Source: the human T2T-CHM13v2.0 reference genome, Homo sapiens
Strand: one strand, 5' to 3'
DNA: 64,000 bases
Assembly: GCF_009914755.1 (NCBI RefSeq)
Contig: NC_060927.1
A program made the position numbers and the translations under genes. How positions within the stretch are numbered: the first letter of the stretch is position 1; each line of letters starts with the position of its first letter. This document shows, piece by piece, positions 1 through 15,450 of this stretch. The notes below the pieces were generated by a model, which saw only the letters and a list, made by a program, of their open reading frames with translations, had not been told where the DNA came from and ran no database searches.

Positions 1-819
1 AGTTTACACAATTATCTCATTCATTCCTCATGACCCTGTAAAATTAGGGTGTTTTCTTCTCTGGAAGAAATACAAAATACAAAGAACATATGTTTATGGT
101 GTGTATGAGGTTTTTGCGCATGTGAGTGTGTGTGTCCACAGTAGCTTTCAAAAGAACAGTCATTCTTATCAACTAGATTCTGCAGAACTTAAGAGAAATG
201 TGATTAAAACATTACTGACAAGGCATCGCTATTTATGTTAGTGAATTCTAACTGGACCTATCCAGATGTATGTTTACGGATTATTTGCCCAAGAAGAACA
301 GGTGCTAGTCCTTGGAAGAAGTATGATTAATAAACACTGTTTAGGATTTGAGATGCCCAAATAGGTATTTGGAAAACAGATCTTCAGAAGGAAGGTAAAT
401 ATTTCTATTAGAGTATAAACAACACAGTCCTACCGAGCACAGTTGCTCAGTGTGATGACTCATCATGCAGCTTCAGCCTACTTGAGACTCACTAAGGATC
501 ACACAATAATAAACACAACCTACTACGTGCTCACCACGGTGGCTGATTCCCTGGTGAGGAGAGGAGTATCAGGTGACTCTAGTCCAGATAATTGAAAGAG
601 AGAAAGCTAACATATAAAATGGAATAATTAAAGGTTAAAGTAGAGACTACAAGGAAGGGAAAGTGTTTTGAAAATGTAAGACATTTCATGTTTGACTCAA
701 GGTAAGCGGACATGTCTTAACTTCAGAAATAGCCTGTAAAAATGCACCAATATGGGAAGGTCATGCACCAAGTTCAGAATAGTGCTTACGCTTCTGATAA
801 TTAACACGGTTGACACAAT

Positions 820-1250
<431 letters not shown>

Positions 1251-1789
1251 CTAATGTCACAGTGTATATCCTTAAGAATTCCGTGGTGTGACTTCAGAAC
1301 ACGCAGGAAGAAATGTCAATACAGGCTGGAGGAGTAGGCCAAGGTGACAGGGAGTACCTTATCCCTACTTCAGCTCTGGCAAAGTAGTGGCGGCATCTGG
1401 ATAGGTGAGGAAGGCATGGACAGGGTGACAGGAGATGCTGGAATACGCATGGCACACACATGACCAGGAAGTTCATGCTGGCCAGAGCCACAACGGGCAT
1501 AAGGACTCATGGAAACAAGAATGAGAAAGAATGGGGCTGGAAGGAAGAAACTGACAACTGTATACAACTATCTCACTGGCAGCTGGAGGTACAAAGTAGA
1601 GGCCCATGAGGCCTGGATATCTGGGCATGACCAGCACAGAGCTGCTGAGTGAAGGTTATATGCAGCCTGAGATGGAGAATAGAGGGCCAAGGGCTGATGT
1701 GGAGAATGGCCACCACTTAGGTCAGAAGAAAGGCCTGGTGAAGGGGAACGTGTATTTTTACAATCTTATATATACCCATGAGGTTCCAC

Positions 1790-1923
1790 CTGGATTCAAA
1801 TCCAGTATGCAGCTTACGAGGTGTGACATTGGCCAAGTCACAAAATTTCTCTGCGCCTCATTTTACTCAAATATAAAAAGAGAATAAGGTATATAAGAAT
1901 ATCTCACAGGATTGTTGAGAGAA

Positions 1924-1956
<33 letters not shown>

Positions 1957-2010
1957 CCAAGATGAGAACAAGGCCAGACACAGATAAGTGCTCTGTAAGT
2001 GTCCGCTTGC
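1790..2010 (+). mobile_element. MIR containing a (CA)n insertion
   Basis: ggattcaaatcc...tgtgacattggccaagtcac...ctctgcgcctca matches the MIR core. Confidence 0.7.
1925..1954. repeat. (AC)15 microsatellite
   Basis: Directly visible. Confidence 0.98.
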
Positions 2011-2016
2011 TGCTGT

Positions 2017-2049
2017 CATCATCGTCATCGACATCATCATCATCATCAC
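2017..2049. repeat. Imperfect (CAT)n microsatellite
   Basis: catcatcgtcatcgacatcatcatcatcatcac. Confidence 0.9.
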
Positions 2050-2240
2050 TCTTCACAGAAGCATGGGCCACAGCGTTGTTTGCAACAGTGAAAAATCAGA
2101 AACAAACCATAATGTACGTTCAAAGGGAAATGGCCAAGGAAATAAATATCTATACCATGGACTGTCACACTGCAGTTTTCAAAACTGAGGTAAAGACTTC
2201 CATATCCCAACTTAGAAAGGTCTCCAAGACATAAAGGTAA
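2050..2240 (+). mobile_element. Old L1 (L1M-type) 3' fragment
   Basis: cagcgttgtttgcaacagtgaaaaatcagaaacaaacc... resembles the L1 ORF2-end/3'UTR. Confidence 0.55.
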
Positions 2241-5200
2241 GAGAAAAAAAATAAGCCAAATTCCACAATTTTCATCCACACTCACTGGCAGTGAATATGC
2301 TCTTTCACACAAATATTCTCAGTGTCTTGGTAATTTATCCGTAAAATGAGTTATGAGAAGTTACTGTCCATGATGATCAAACTACCAGATTCTTAAAACG
2401 TGTTGCTTTTACATCATGCCAAATGGGTGAACCAGAACAATTCTGTTCTAGGTGACTTTTGGAGAGTATGTCTAATAACAATTAGATTTTTCTCTTACAT
2501 TTTTCCACATGATAAGGTCTGAGCCCAAGCCCTCAGTGGCAGGGAAGGGACCAGATTCCAACAGGCCTGACTGGCTGTCGCCTATTTTAATCACCAGACA
2601 AAGCAGATAAGTTGCAGGGGGGATAGAAAAATTAAACATGTCCGTTTTTGCTTTTCAGAGGCAATTAGGGGATTTATAGCCAATGTGTTGTTATTTTTTG
2701 AATCAGAGCCAGTAATTTTTTTTTTCTTTCAGAGAGGATGATTATACCATAATCACTGACATTTTTAAGGAACATTTTGGAGCCACAACTTTGTTTCCCT
2801 AGAACAAGCACTAGTTACTAAAACTTGCCATGTCACTTGGGACGAGGAAGAAAATTTGAGTGTGAGGCCCTGGGGAAGCTCTCGGAAGAAACACCTTTGT
2901 TCTCAAAGTAAAACAACAAATAAAACAGCTGCAATGATTATTGAAATGCAGAGCCAAACTCTGAATCCACAAACCTGTAGGGAGAATCCTAATTTGCAGA
3001 GATTCCTGCAGTCCAGGATGTTTAGAAAGAATCCAACTCTCTGAAGTAATTAAAACTTTCCCACTGACATTTTGTTAAAAGTATTATTCTCTTTGGTATA
3101 CCCTTTCCTTATGGAAAATAAGGGTTGTCTTCAGGCTTGCTCCAGTATGATGACCTCCAATTCCACATTGCTTGAGTCTCAATCAACGGCATGTGTACCA
3201 AGTCCTATACTTTGGGGAGGTAACACTGACAGAAAATATACCCAGTGAATTTAACAGCAGGAGAAGAGAAAACTCTAGGAAAAGATCGAAGTTCAGGATT
3301 TGAACTTTGGAGAGGTGAAAGGAAAGTCAATGGTAACCTTGGTTTTCTATTTCTGAATTGAAATCAGCTATTTAAAATGTAGAAAAATAAAAAGAATAGG
3401 CTTAAACACAAGATTATCTATAGCTGGAAATACCTCTTCCTTCCACATCCTTATTGTTCTTACACACATAAATTCAATTGTAACTCCAGTACTTAATACA
3501 TGCAGAGTACTGTGCTAATCACTGAAGAGGGTGATTCAGAAAAGGCAATAATTACAAAATATGCTTAAGGATTCATAAGAGAAAATTCCTAGAAATGCTC
3601 CCCACCTCCCAATTTTCTTTCCTCAATTCACCACTGACTGAGAAATCCTCTTAACTTTCAATATCTTCATCATAAAATGAACATAATAATTGCCAACACA
3701 CTCTTCCCTCTTTGAAATTTTTCTAGTGGCTTAAACATCAAGAAAATCTCACATTTAATAAGTAATAATCATAATCTATGAAAGTTTTTCATTTGAGAAA
3801 AATATTTAAATCGAAAGTTAAGATATTTTTTCCAAAAATGGTTTCAGAAACTAAGGATATAAAAGTTATATAACACAGCAAATTATTTTATAATTATATT
3901 GAAATATAATAAATATACAATAATACAAATAGTAATTTGTCCTTTTCCTGTTGGAAAACACACTGCTATCTCACCCAAAAAAGAGCTACCAAAATTTCCA
4001 TATATATTTTTATCAAAAGATTTCAGAAAGCTAAATAAAGCAAAGAGAAGTAAAATGACCTTTAAATGGTCATCTTTTCCTTTGATGAATTTTTACGGTG
4101 GACTTTAGGATGCCAGGTACAGGGCCTGGTGCTGGGGATAGAATGTTGGATAAAATATGGGGAGGAAAATATTACTCAAATAATCATGCTAATACATAAC
4201 TAGAAGCTGTGGTAGGGACAACCACCCAGTGCATGGAGATGATTTCATGCCAGGAATCAAAGGCAGACCTGAAGAATGACATCTGAGCAGCTCTTTGAAG
4301 AACACCAGAGATCAGGCAGCAAGTCAACTGCAGCAAGCCAGGAACTCCAGTACGTTCCAGCCTGAGGGTCTTCCCCACCAGTCTCTTTCAAGAATGCTGG
4401 AGGCTGAGATTCAAGTACTCCTCCTGGAATTCCACGCTGGGACCCTGAACCTGACTGAGGAGCAGCCTTCCCTCCTGGCAGCTGCCCCTTGGAATCTGCC
4501 TGTTTTCCTCTTTCCAGCCCCTCCCACATGCCCCTGGGACTGTCCCCTGTCCTGTCCCTCCTATTACTGAGAGTTTATGACAATGAGACGCCCAGGAGCA
4601 AGGCTGGTGCTCATAGATGCAGGGAGGGTTTATCCATCCTTCTTTCCCAATCCCCCCACCACTGTGCCCAGATCCTGCACAGAACTTGGTCAAAGGCTCT
4701 TTCCCCTTTCACCCTGTCCTCCCAGCAGCTGCACAGGGAAAAATCTCTAGAGCCTCAGCCTTCCTTCTCACAAGGAAAAGGCCAAGAGCTGGAGTTCCTG
4801 AACTCAAAAACAGCTCAATGATGGGAAGCCAGCTGCTTTAAAAAAGAAAAAACACAAGTATTCTTTATAAGACCTATTCCATTTCTGTGGGGTGTGTCAT
4901 ATTAGAGACAACAGCTGCTTCAAGTTAATAAAATCTGAAATATCTTCGCTCGGAACCTGATCACTAGTTTTAAGTTGGATTTCTGTGACTATTTCTCATC
5001 TTATGATATGAATTTTTCATTGCTGTGTGGCAATAAAATTGAGCATGTGGTTATTTTTTATTCCCATTTTAAGTTAACAATGATATACTTTAAATCCAAG
5101 GCCTCATATTACAAACTATGTAATCAAACTAACGGCCGTAAATAACAGAAAAGTAATTACAAAGCTGGAACTTATCTCAGCACTCTTAACCAATTAATCT

Positions 5201-8200
5201 CATGGGCAATTTTCTGCCATTCTGCCATTCACTATTTAAAGGTTGTGTCTTATGTCTTATGACTAACATTAAATTTCTGAAAAAATATTTAAAGATATTG
5301 GAGACTATGTTGTTATGATTCAAAAGGTATGCAATTTAATAAAATTTTAAAATATCATTTAAAATCACTTAACTCTGTAATCAGTGATTTTAGAACATTA
5401 AATACCATTTACTTCAACTTATGTCTTGCAGACAAGAGAAGCAAAAATACAAAAACTCAAGAGTTAAATTGTATGACCTCAATTTTTTTCTATGCATAAA
5501 AAGAAAAAACACACCAAAATCTTAAGTGATTATCTTTGGGGTATAGAATTTCACTTTGTCACATATTTTCCTGTATTTTCTATAAAATGAAAATGCATAA
5601 TTTTTACATTTAAAAAGTTTATATCTTTAATATATGTTTTTTTTCTTTAGGAGTGAAAAAATCAAATACAGAAATTCTGTTGCCAAAAATAGCCCTCTGT
5701 AGTATAACCAGTTATGTTTATGTAATGCAAATAAAATCTTTGGCTAGCTCTATACCATGGAGGGAAAGCTGCTTGGGTATGTGAAAAAAAAAAAAAATCC
5801 AGGAGCATATCTGGAAAGTCAGCAGGGAGATAATTTAAAAAACAAAGTACTAAATATGAATCTTAAATGTCCTAATTTTTGTACAGTGTGATAAGTTTCT
5901 TCTAAGGTCTAAGTATCATGGCAAGATTCAAAAATATTGTTTGAAAAACTAAATTTTCTTTATCATTAACAACTCTCCACAGAATAAACCACGGTATACT
6001 CTCAAGTTATGGTATCTACTCCAACAAAACAGATATATAGGCAAAAGTGGATAAACTAGATGACTCATCCTTCACTGGCCCTTTTGCAGCAAGAGACACA
6101 GCCACTCAGACACAGAAATGTGAATGAGCAAACTCCCCTTCCTCCTCTTTTTCCTGTTCGGTCCCGCTCCCTGGGTCAGGGGCTGGGACCCAGAGGACCT
6201 GATAAGGAAAGGGGAGAAGTAGGTCTCTAAGCTTTTGGAGAATCCATTCCAAGACAAACACAGCAGGCTCCCTCTATTCCTTGCAAATGCAAAATGGCAG
6301 GAGAGGGTAAACGAAGAACTGTAATTAACTAAATATGCTGTGTAAGCTTTACAATAACCTCTTAATCATGGACTCTCTTAAGCCTATGAGTTTCGACATT
6401 AACCCTGCAAGCCAGGAACAGCCCAGAGCTGCACTGTTTGACAGCCTACGCAAAGGGATCACAAGTGCTTCCAAGGACATGCGTCTGCTCTGTTTGGCAA
6501 GCTGTGGGAGGCTTCAAGTTTACCCAAGAACTATTGATGGAATTGACCATATGCATCTTACTAGGCTAAGAATTCAAGAGAAATGCTACAGTAGTGTTGA
6601 GACACAGTTCCTACCCTCAATAAGACCCCAGGCACACCAAGCAACTGGAACACACAGGCAGACACAATTAACCACAATTAGTGGGATGGCGGGGGTTGTC
6701 ACAACCTTTCTCTGGCTGATGCCTTTCAGTGGGTTTGGAATTAATATTATGCCCGGTTGACAATGTTGTTCTCAACCTGAAGGCTTAACTGAGAAAGAGT
6801 TACTGAAAACTGTGGGTTTTGTTTTGTTTTAAACACAGTTTCACAGTTTGGCCCAGCAATGTGTAGAACTTTATTTTCTTTTGTTTCTGGTGCCATTTTA
6901 TGGAAAGGGGCAACAAAACCCCTCAATGATAATGATATTAATAAAAGATGAGATTATGACGTTAAATGAGGTCTAATCTACAAAATATGTTGACACAAGA
7001 TCCAAACAAGAAAACCTTCCGAACTTGTCTCAGGAGTCTATATTAAGGAGAACCTCTCTGGTGTGAAAGTGTCTTAAACGGCTCTCACACACTTGCTAAT
7101 CTCCCTCTTGCACATGGGTTTCAGGCCTTGGAGCCTTCAGTTGATTTGAAGATGTTGTTTTTCACTGCACATCAAGGCCACCTTCTAGTTACTGCATGTG
7201 ATACTTGTTTCCTATTTATGTAAGAAAGAGACGGTTTGCTTTTAAAATAAGTTTACACTTTAAAAGAGGGGATTTAAATAAAAATATTAAATAAAAACAT
7301 GGATAGTAGAAGGATGGATGGTGGTGTCTGAATGACTGAAGTTTGGCCAAGGCTGGAATATAGTTTCAATGTGTGTGCAATTAAAACAAAGCAAAATGAA
7401 AGCCTAAACAACTAGAAACTATCTCACCACAAAATTATCTTAGTTCTTCCTTAGAGTCAATATTTACATTCCCAGAGAACATGTGAGCACCCAGTTCATT
7501 TACAAATCACATACACTATTTTCTGTCAAGGGCGGGAGCAGCTCTGCCATGCCCACTGTCACTGACATGATGTAATTAGCATGGGTTATGTTAAAACTTA
7601 GGTTTCTGCAGGGGACATCTCCCAGAGTCTGCACCACACAGTGCCTGCTCTCAAGAGAACCAACAATCTGTAGGTACGAACATGACTTTAATCCAATAAG
7701 GCTTGAAATCTTTTTCTTCAAAACCTTTTCCCTGAAAACCCTCAAGAGAAGAAAAACATTTTCGAAGAGCTCCTTTTATGTGCCAAAAGCTATGCTGGAC
7801 AATATTCACAAATCTGCCAAATTTGACTGTTATAAGCATCTTATGACTTACCATTATTACTGTCCCCATTTTACCGATGAAGAAACAGAGGCCAGGAAAG
7901 AGAGAGTGAGCGGAATAAGGGACAGAATTCAACCTCGAGGCTGAGTGCTCCTCATCCCCCAACTATATAAGGGTGTGTTTGGGGGCAAAAGCTCTGGAGC
8001 ACAATATACAGATGGAGAAACAAGACCTTCCATAAGAAAATATGCACCACTGTATATGTGGTGGAAGAACCGGGAAATCATTTAAATATACCTGCTCAAT
8101 GGCATGTCAGACACATTTTGCTCCATTGAGAAATACTCAACCTACTCATCATTCAAAGGGTTGTTTAAATGTTTAAATGCACCTGTGCATACTCAATTGT

Positions 8201-9011
8201 ATCTGCCCCTTTTCCCATATTCATGGGATGGAAATGTTCGGCAGATGGATCCCTTTGCATCAGCATCAGATTAATTTTGTAGAGATGGAGATTTTAGAAC
8301 ACAGATATTTCTGTATTTAGCACAGCCATGGCTGAGCCTCATTCATGATCCAGAAAACAGCATTATTAGGAGTAAAAGATTTCTTAATGCAGAAAGCCCC
8401 CTAGGTTCCAGGTGACTGACAATGAGTCACGGCTCGTGCACATGAAATGCGTTTGGCACATTTGTACACTAAAGTCTATTTGCTGGGTCTAGATGGTAAT
8501 GGTCAGAGAAGCAGGGAAGACAAGGGAAGGGAAGAGAAGAACAAGCAACTATGTAAACAGCTCTTCTGGGGAAACCATGTAAAAATTAAATGAATTTGCC
8601 TATTAGCAGAACATAACCACATAAAGAGATCCCGACAATAAACTTTACACACATGACTTTCTCACCTTCAGTTAGGATGCTTTACTTCTCATTGATCTAC
8701 TGGATGGCTGAATAAAATATAGAATTTGTTTGTGATTTAAAATCCTAGAGCTGCAAGCAGTATAACTGTTTTGTTTTTACATTTGCCAAACTGCCCTGGT
8801 GGAGCTGCTTTAAAGAGAGGTGGCAAACATTCTGAAAGCTGTCAACCTTTCAACCATTAGGGCTCACCCCCTCTTAGACAAACTCCCATACTTTATCTGT
8901 CATTACTGCTGTGACCAGGGCAAGCTGCATTTTTGTCCAGTGGCTACAATGAAATGAGCATTCCAGCTGATTCCACAGCATGTCAAGAAGGGAAAAGGTT
9001 AATATACTCAC

Positions 9012-9150
9012 CAGGGAAAGCTGGGGTGCCTCAGAAGTCTAGAGCTTCCAGGGATGTTGTTTCTATTCAGTAAGAGAGACATCTCAGGTGTATCCTAAAC
9101 ATTTGGATGCGTCAGCTCGGAAGTGTTATTTCTCAGCAACTGACTTTGCT
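9012..9150 (-). other. PDZRN3: Putative non-coding alternative first exon of PDZRN3
   Basis: Strong donor CTG|GTGAGT (plus-strand actcac, 9006-9011) about 165 nt downstream of a minus-strand TATATAAT. No ATG is in phase 0 with the donor. The 5' end is estimated. Confidence 0.55.
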
Positions 9151-9360
9151 TATCCGTTCACTTGCAAGGCTATTATATAAGAAAGGCTGAACTGAACTAC
9201 TGTTGAAAAATGATGCACTCACATGGTGAGCACCAGAAAGGAAGCTGTGGTCTTCACGTGCATCTTCGCATGCGGATCCTCACATGCGGATGCTTGTGCA
9301 CTTGTCTACCCCATTTTCTGAGGCACGTGTTTGGGCCAGAACTCCTGAAATCCCACGTCT
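9138..9360 (-). promoter_or_regulatory. Candidate TATA-containing internal promoter
   Basis: TATATAAT (9172-9179), GATAAG (9149-9154), Inr-like TCAGTT (9138-9143), two CACGTG E-boxes (9255-9260, 9324-9329), CGCATGCG (9267-9274) and local CpG retention. Confidence 0.5.
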
Positions 9361-10521
9361 CAATTCCTGGACAAGCAAACTTAAAAAAAAAATCCTCTTT
9401 CCTCGATTTTTACTGTGATTTGAAACACATAATCAGAACTTGGTACAATTAACATCACAGAGAAACCCAAGTCATTTTTTTTTTTTTTTTGCTGGAAAAG
9501 CTGTTTGTTTTTCATTAGGAATTCATGTGAGCTTCCTGAATTTCAAGAAGATACATCTGCTCCTTAAATTTCAGTGCTGTGTCAACACTTACTAGGAAAT
9601 TCATAAATTCTGGTCAAAAACCATCTTTTGATCTGGTTTGATTTACAGTTTCTAAAACAGAATAGAAAAGCCTAAATCCCCATTACACTCACATGTACAG
9701 AGATGTATGAACTGATATCTCAGTATTCTCTCCCTACCTCTCTCTATTGCACACAGTGGGAGCTAAATAACCCTTAACACATTAATGTCCCACAGATAAA
9801 AAAAGAGTCATGAGAATACCATTAACATCACCAGGGTAAAAGCTAATAAAAGAAATCTAGTAGGTAAGTGTAATATAGATAGTGTTTTGTACATAGGACA
9901 TCCAGTATAAGATGGGCATGATATGCCTCTCTTAGGAAACTGACCTGAGAAACCCCTGGCATTAGGAGGTGTTTCATTAGATTGAAATTAGACGTGGTTT
10001 CCAGATTCCCTTTAAAAGAATAAAACAAAAAAGTCTCCTTTCCCTGTAAACTACACACAAAGTATATCATTACTAAGACGTCACTTTGCTTTTGGAGAAG
10101 TTGTGTCACAAAACCATCCTCCCAATCACAAACCTATATTTACCAAGGTCAGCCCCGTTAAATGCATGCCATCTACATTTCCGGGACTTCAGGTAGTGCA
10201 AATGCTTCTGAAGCTTACATAATTTGGGGTACAATGGATTCACCCCCATCCCACCATCAAAGCCCGAATAGAGAGCACAGCTGTCTATTCACTGAAATTT
10301 AAGGCTTTTGTACTTCATTTGCTTTTCTTCCTCTTTTTAATTTGGGGAAAGGGCAAGAGAATTCTTTACCAGAAATGATTCCAAGATGCACTTCTCACAT
10401 TAAGAATGAAGTATATCTCCTTTAAGTGATACTGTCAACATAAAACATTTCTAAGTCAGCTTAATCCTTTTTTCTATGAATGGAAAATACATTTTCAGAC
10501 TTTCTGGTGGTATTTATTTAA

Positions 10522-10893
<372 letters not shown>

Positions 10894-11319
10894 GCCAAAT
10901 TATATTTTCTATTTAAAAAAAAGATGATGAACTGGATAAATCAAAAGCAGTGGTTAGGAGAAAGCTAAGCAGACCCGTAGAAGGAATATTCCTCTTATAA
11001 TCACCTTTACACAGACTAAAACCTTATATTTTTTAAAAAGTTGCCTGTTTTCTGCATGACTTTGCTGATAATTTGGAATCAGAAGTCTACTTTCTATGGC
11101 TACTATTTTATACAATTTCATTTATAAATCAAGAGACATTTGCCTGCTGTGGGCTTCTGCAAATTTCCTATGGCAAACAGATTTTTTAAATGCCTGAATT
11201 TTCTACCAACTTATGGCAGAGTTAAGTAGTCATGACTGACGCTATATGGCCATAAATGCCAAAAACATTTACTATTGAGTCCTTAATAGAAAAGGTTTCT
11301 GACTCCTGCTCTACATGCT

Positions 11320-11490
11320 TAATAAACTCTTACAACATCCTATGAGGTATAATTATCATTCTAATTTTGCAAAAGAGGCAACTGGGGCCCAGAGGGGGAA
11401 AACAATCTGACAGAACATAAATAGCGAGAAGATGCAGAGGTAGGACTTGAGGCAGGCTGGCTCCAGAGCCCAGGCTCATAACCACAAGGT
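11320..11490 (-). mobile_element. MIR
   Basis: acaacatcctatgaggta...ttttgcaaaagaggcaactg...ggctggctccagagccc. Confidence 0.7.
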
Positions 11491-12259
11491 AACCTCTCTG
11501 TTATTGGGTATTAGTGTAATTATTACCATGAACATGCAACCACCTTGAACACACATGTTCTCCCCCTGGGCTTCTGGGCTGCTGTGAGCACGGTTGCTGG
11601 TTTAGAGGCTGTGCCTATTCTGCCCTCTTCCTGGCTCCTCTAATTCTCTCTGCCTGAGTCATGCCTTCTGTAGCCAAACCTGTATAACTCTACATCAAAT
11701 ATCCCAAATATGGGGACTGAAAGTCTCAGCTGAATGATTTAGAACAGTCACTTAACATCTTGAAAATTCTGTCTTCCCATGTGAAAAATGTGTCTGATAA
11801 TCCTGGGAGCCATGTACCTACTTTGCAGAGCTGTTCAGACCTTAGCTGTTCTCTGCCCTCCCTACCCTTCTTTGTGTCCTAGTCTCACCTTTTATTGAAA
11901 CCAGCACCTGGGTTTGTTTTCACTGACAGCCATGTGGCCTCAATTTAGGGTGTGTGACATGGGAGGGCCAGGATCTCAACCTCTGCCCCAAATACATTCC
12001 ATCAGCCCTCTCCAGCACCTGTAGCCAACTTCTCCTTTCAAAGCTCAACTCCGTTCCTTGAGGTTTCTTCTCCGCCCTGCACTTTCTCTTGTGGGTTGAA
12101 GAGGCAGGTCCAATTTTCACCTGATCTACACAATCCCCTATGCTCACTGGATGGTCCAATCCCTCTTAGGGCTTTTCACTCTTCCAGGTCATTCCTGGTA
12201 CCACTCAGGAACTTTCCTTCTCAGCATCATAAATACTATCCTTTCCCTCCCCAATAATT

Positions 12260-12485
12260 AGTGGTAAGCCTCATAATTTAGAACTCAGGCTCTGAAATTA
12301 GGCAAATGTGAGCTAGAATGCTAACTCTGCCACTTCCAGCTGTGTGACACTGGGCAAGCCTAACCTCTAAATTCACTTTCTTCATCTGTCAAATGGGGCA
12401 ATAATATAATTATTGTGTTACAGCTAATAGGTGTAAGCATGTTGCCCAGCATACAGTAAGTGCTCAATAAATGTCAGGTAGCTGC
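12260..12485 (+). mobile_element. MIR
   Basis: ctctgccacttccagctgtgtgacactgggcaag...catctgtcaaatgggg...gtaagtgctcaataaatg. Confidence 0.85.
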
Positions 12486-12622
12486 TCTCTCATGATTTTC
12501 ATGATCATTCTCATCATCATTACCACCACTGCCAATTTCTACATCTGCATTATCAAAGTTACCCAAGTACAGAGTGTTAAGGTAACTGTACACACAATAT
12601 CAGACAGCATAGCACTATGTAA

Positions 12623-12969
<347 letters not shown>

Positions 12970-13178
12970 TATATCCACCAAAAATTAATGGAAGTGAACA
13001 AGTCACTTAATCTCTTTAGGCCTCATCTGAAAAGGAGAGAAGGTTGGATGAACTGACAGTTCATGTTTATGAATGTTGTCTCTAAGGATTAGGTTGATAA
13101 ATCTGTGGTCTTATTTCACCTTCCACTACGCCCTGGGAAGTTGGGACAAATCCTACCGCTTTCCAAGCCGACTCTTCA

Positions 13179-13358
<180 letters not shown>

Positions 13359-14079
13359 CTATGCTTCCAATAAAAAAAAAATTCCCTATTCTCATAAAAA
13401 CCAGGTTTGTCTTCATTCTTCAAACCAATTCCTGAGGCTTATCCTGTGCGATAAGGATTTTTATGTCAAAGACATGAGTCACATCTGAGAAAAGTGAAAT
13501 AAACTGGATACCTTTTCTTACCTCCAGAAAAGTCAAACAGCTGAAAGCCTGAATATCCAGAGCATTCAGGTAATTAGGAAAAAAGGCAAGGGAGTAAAAA
13601 CCTGAAATTTCCAGATGTGACATGATCATTGTTTGACAATTTTAAATTATATTTTAAATTTTTGTTGTAAGAGAGAGAAAGGGATATCTTCATTCAGCAA
13701 CTTTGCAATTAGACTTACTTGAACCAATTTCTTTTCCTGGTTTACACAAAATGACACTTCCTCTAGTACAAGGATTGCAGAAAACCTCAGCGATAAACAG
13801 GCAGGCTCACAAGTCTTTAGATTAAAATGGAATTATAACATTTTCTCAAAATATTTACATGAACTGTGAGCACAACATTCAACTCATAAGAGAAAATACT
13901 GAAGGAAAGTCTTTATCCATAAAATTCTCTTAGAAAATTTAGAAGGAAAATATGAATTTATGTAAGGAACTCTGCAACAAAAGAACCACTCCTTTGTCCT
14001 GATTTTGAAAATGCTCATTATTTGAGAGTAAGAAAATGTATCCATAAAGGGGGGTTCCAGTAGGATGAATCTGGTATGG

Positions 14080-14570
14080 CAATGACTACTTATTGCCTAC
14101 TCATCTCTTTGCTGCCTTTCCTTTGATGGTGTGACCCATATTTTATTTGCCCTCAGAGAAAGTGCATAAATCCCAATTGGTCCAAGCCATTCATGGTAAT
14201 TTATGGCCCATAATAGGATTAGTGGTTTGTTTCATTCTGTCCAACAAACCACTAACAAGGGGCAGCCTGTTCTAGAGCTTCTTGGAAAGCTCTCTTCACA
14301 CCTATAAAGACAAGAAAACGGTGTCTTGCGGGTGTCTCTGGAGACTGTCATGCCGAGATGCAATGCCTGAATCTGTGGCAGCCATATTTTGACCATGAGG
14401 AGACTACTCCAACATGCTAAGGATGACCACAAACAACTTGGATCCTTGACAAGGCCACTCAGCTCCTCTACTCACTAACCTGGGAATCACCTGTCCTTGT
14501 ACCTAAAATAATATGTGTAAGCTATTTGGATTTGAAATCTCTATTACTTGTAGCCCCAAATATCTAAAGT
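14080..14570 (+). mobile_element. Old MaLR LTR (MLT1J/K/L-like)
   Basis: tggcagccatattttgaccatgagg...cttggatccttga...tattacttgtagcc motifs. Confidence 0.55.
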
Positions 14571-15319
14571 AATAGAGTTGACCCAGTGGAAAAATATAAG
14601 AGAAAAACCTAGTTGTTATTAGACATGCCCTCAAAAAGTCATCCAGAACAGAATTGTTCTGGTTCAGCCATATGACACAATGTAAAAGCAACATGTTATA
14701 AGAATCTGGTAGTTTGATCAACATGGACATCTATCCTTCCTGGGGCTTTTCATAACTTTCCTGGATACTTCCACATCGAGCAGACAATGCCTTAATTATT
14801 TCCATATGTTGGACTCTACAATCTGTCAAATGGGGATTTAGGAACAAGACTTTCAAACTATATGTGAATATGAGAATGATCTAAAAAAATAGTAACAAAA
14901 TCTGTTTTTAAAAAAATGCCAGGTACATTATTAGAAATAAAAGTTCAAAATCATGACCTGAGTTTCCAAAGTTTAAAAATTCCTCAAGGGTTTAAAGCAA
15001 AACTGATGATTAACAGATTTTATCAATTCTACTCAAGCAGAACAAGAACAAGCATTGGAATTCCTTCTAATTCAAAGCCCACTGAATTAAAAAAAACTCC
15101 CCCAAAAGCAAGTCTTATTTATCTGCCAGACATGATTCAGAGAACTCTACACATATTGAAGTCTAAACCTGGTTCATTTGTAAAAATGTCCTTTTATAAT
15201 AATCCTCATACCTCAAACAGCCTTCCTCCAGTCCGTTTCCTACTGTTGGAACATAGGAACTCAATGATCAGCTTAGTCTTTAAAACTTAGCCTCTATCTC
15301 CCTTCCAAACATGTTAACA

Positions 15320-15450
15320 AAGGGTGTCTGGTATGTCAGGCACCTCCCTAGGGCAACAGAAATACAACGATAGGGTCCTTGCCTTCATGGAGTTTATGTG
15401 TTTTTGTTCTAATGCTGGAGACAGACTAATCAATAAAATTAAATAATAAT
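15320..15450 (-). mobile_element. L2 3' fragment
   Basis: tatgtcaggcac...ggtccttgccttcatggagttta. Confidence 0.55.

Noticed and set aside
1867-2234. Poly-Met, poly-Ser and CVCV ORFs
   Set aside because: Products of (CAT)n and (CA)n microsatellites.
6335-6760. 141-aa ORF (also 14916..15290, 48818..49228, 54806..55252)
   Set aside because: No recognisable domain or exon context; lengths are expected by chance or derive from repeats.
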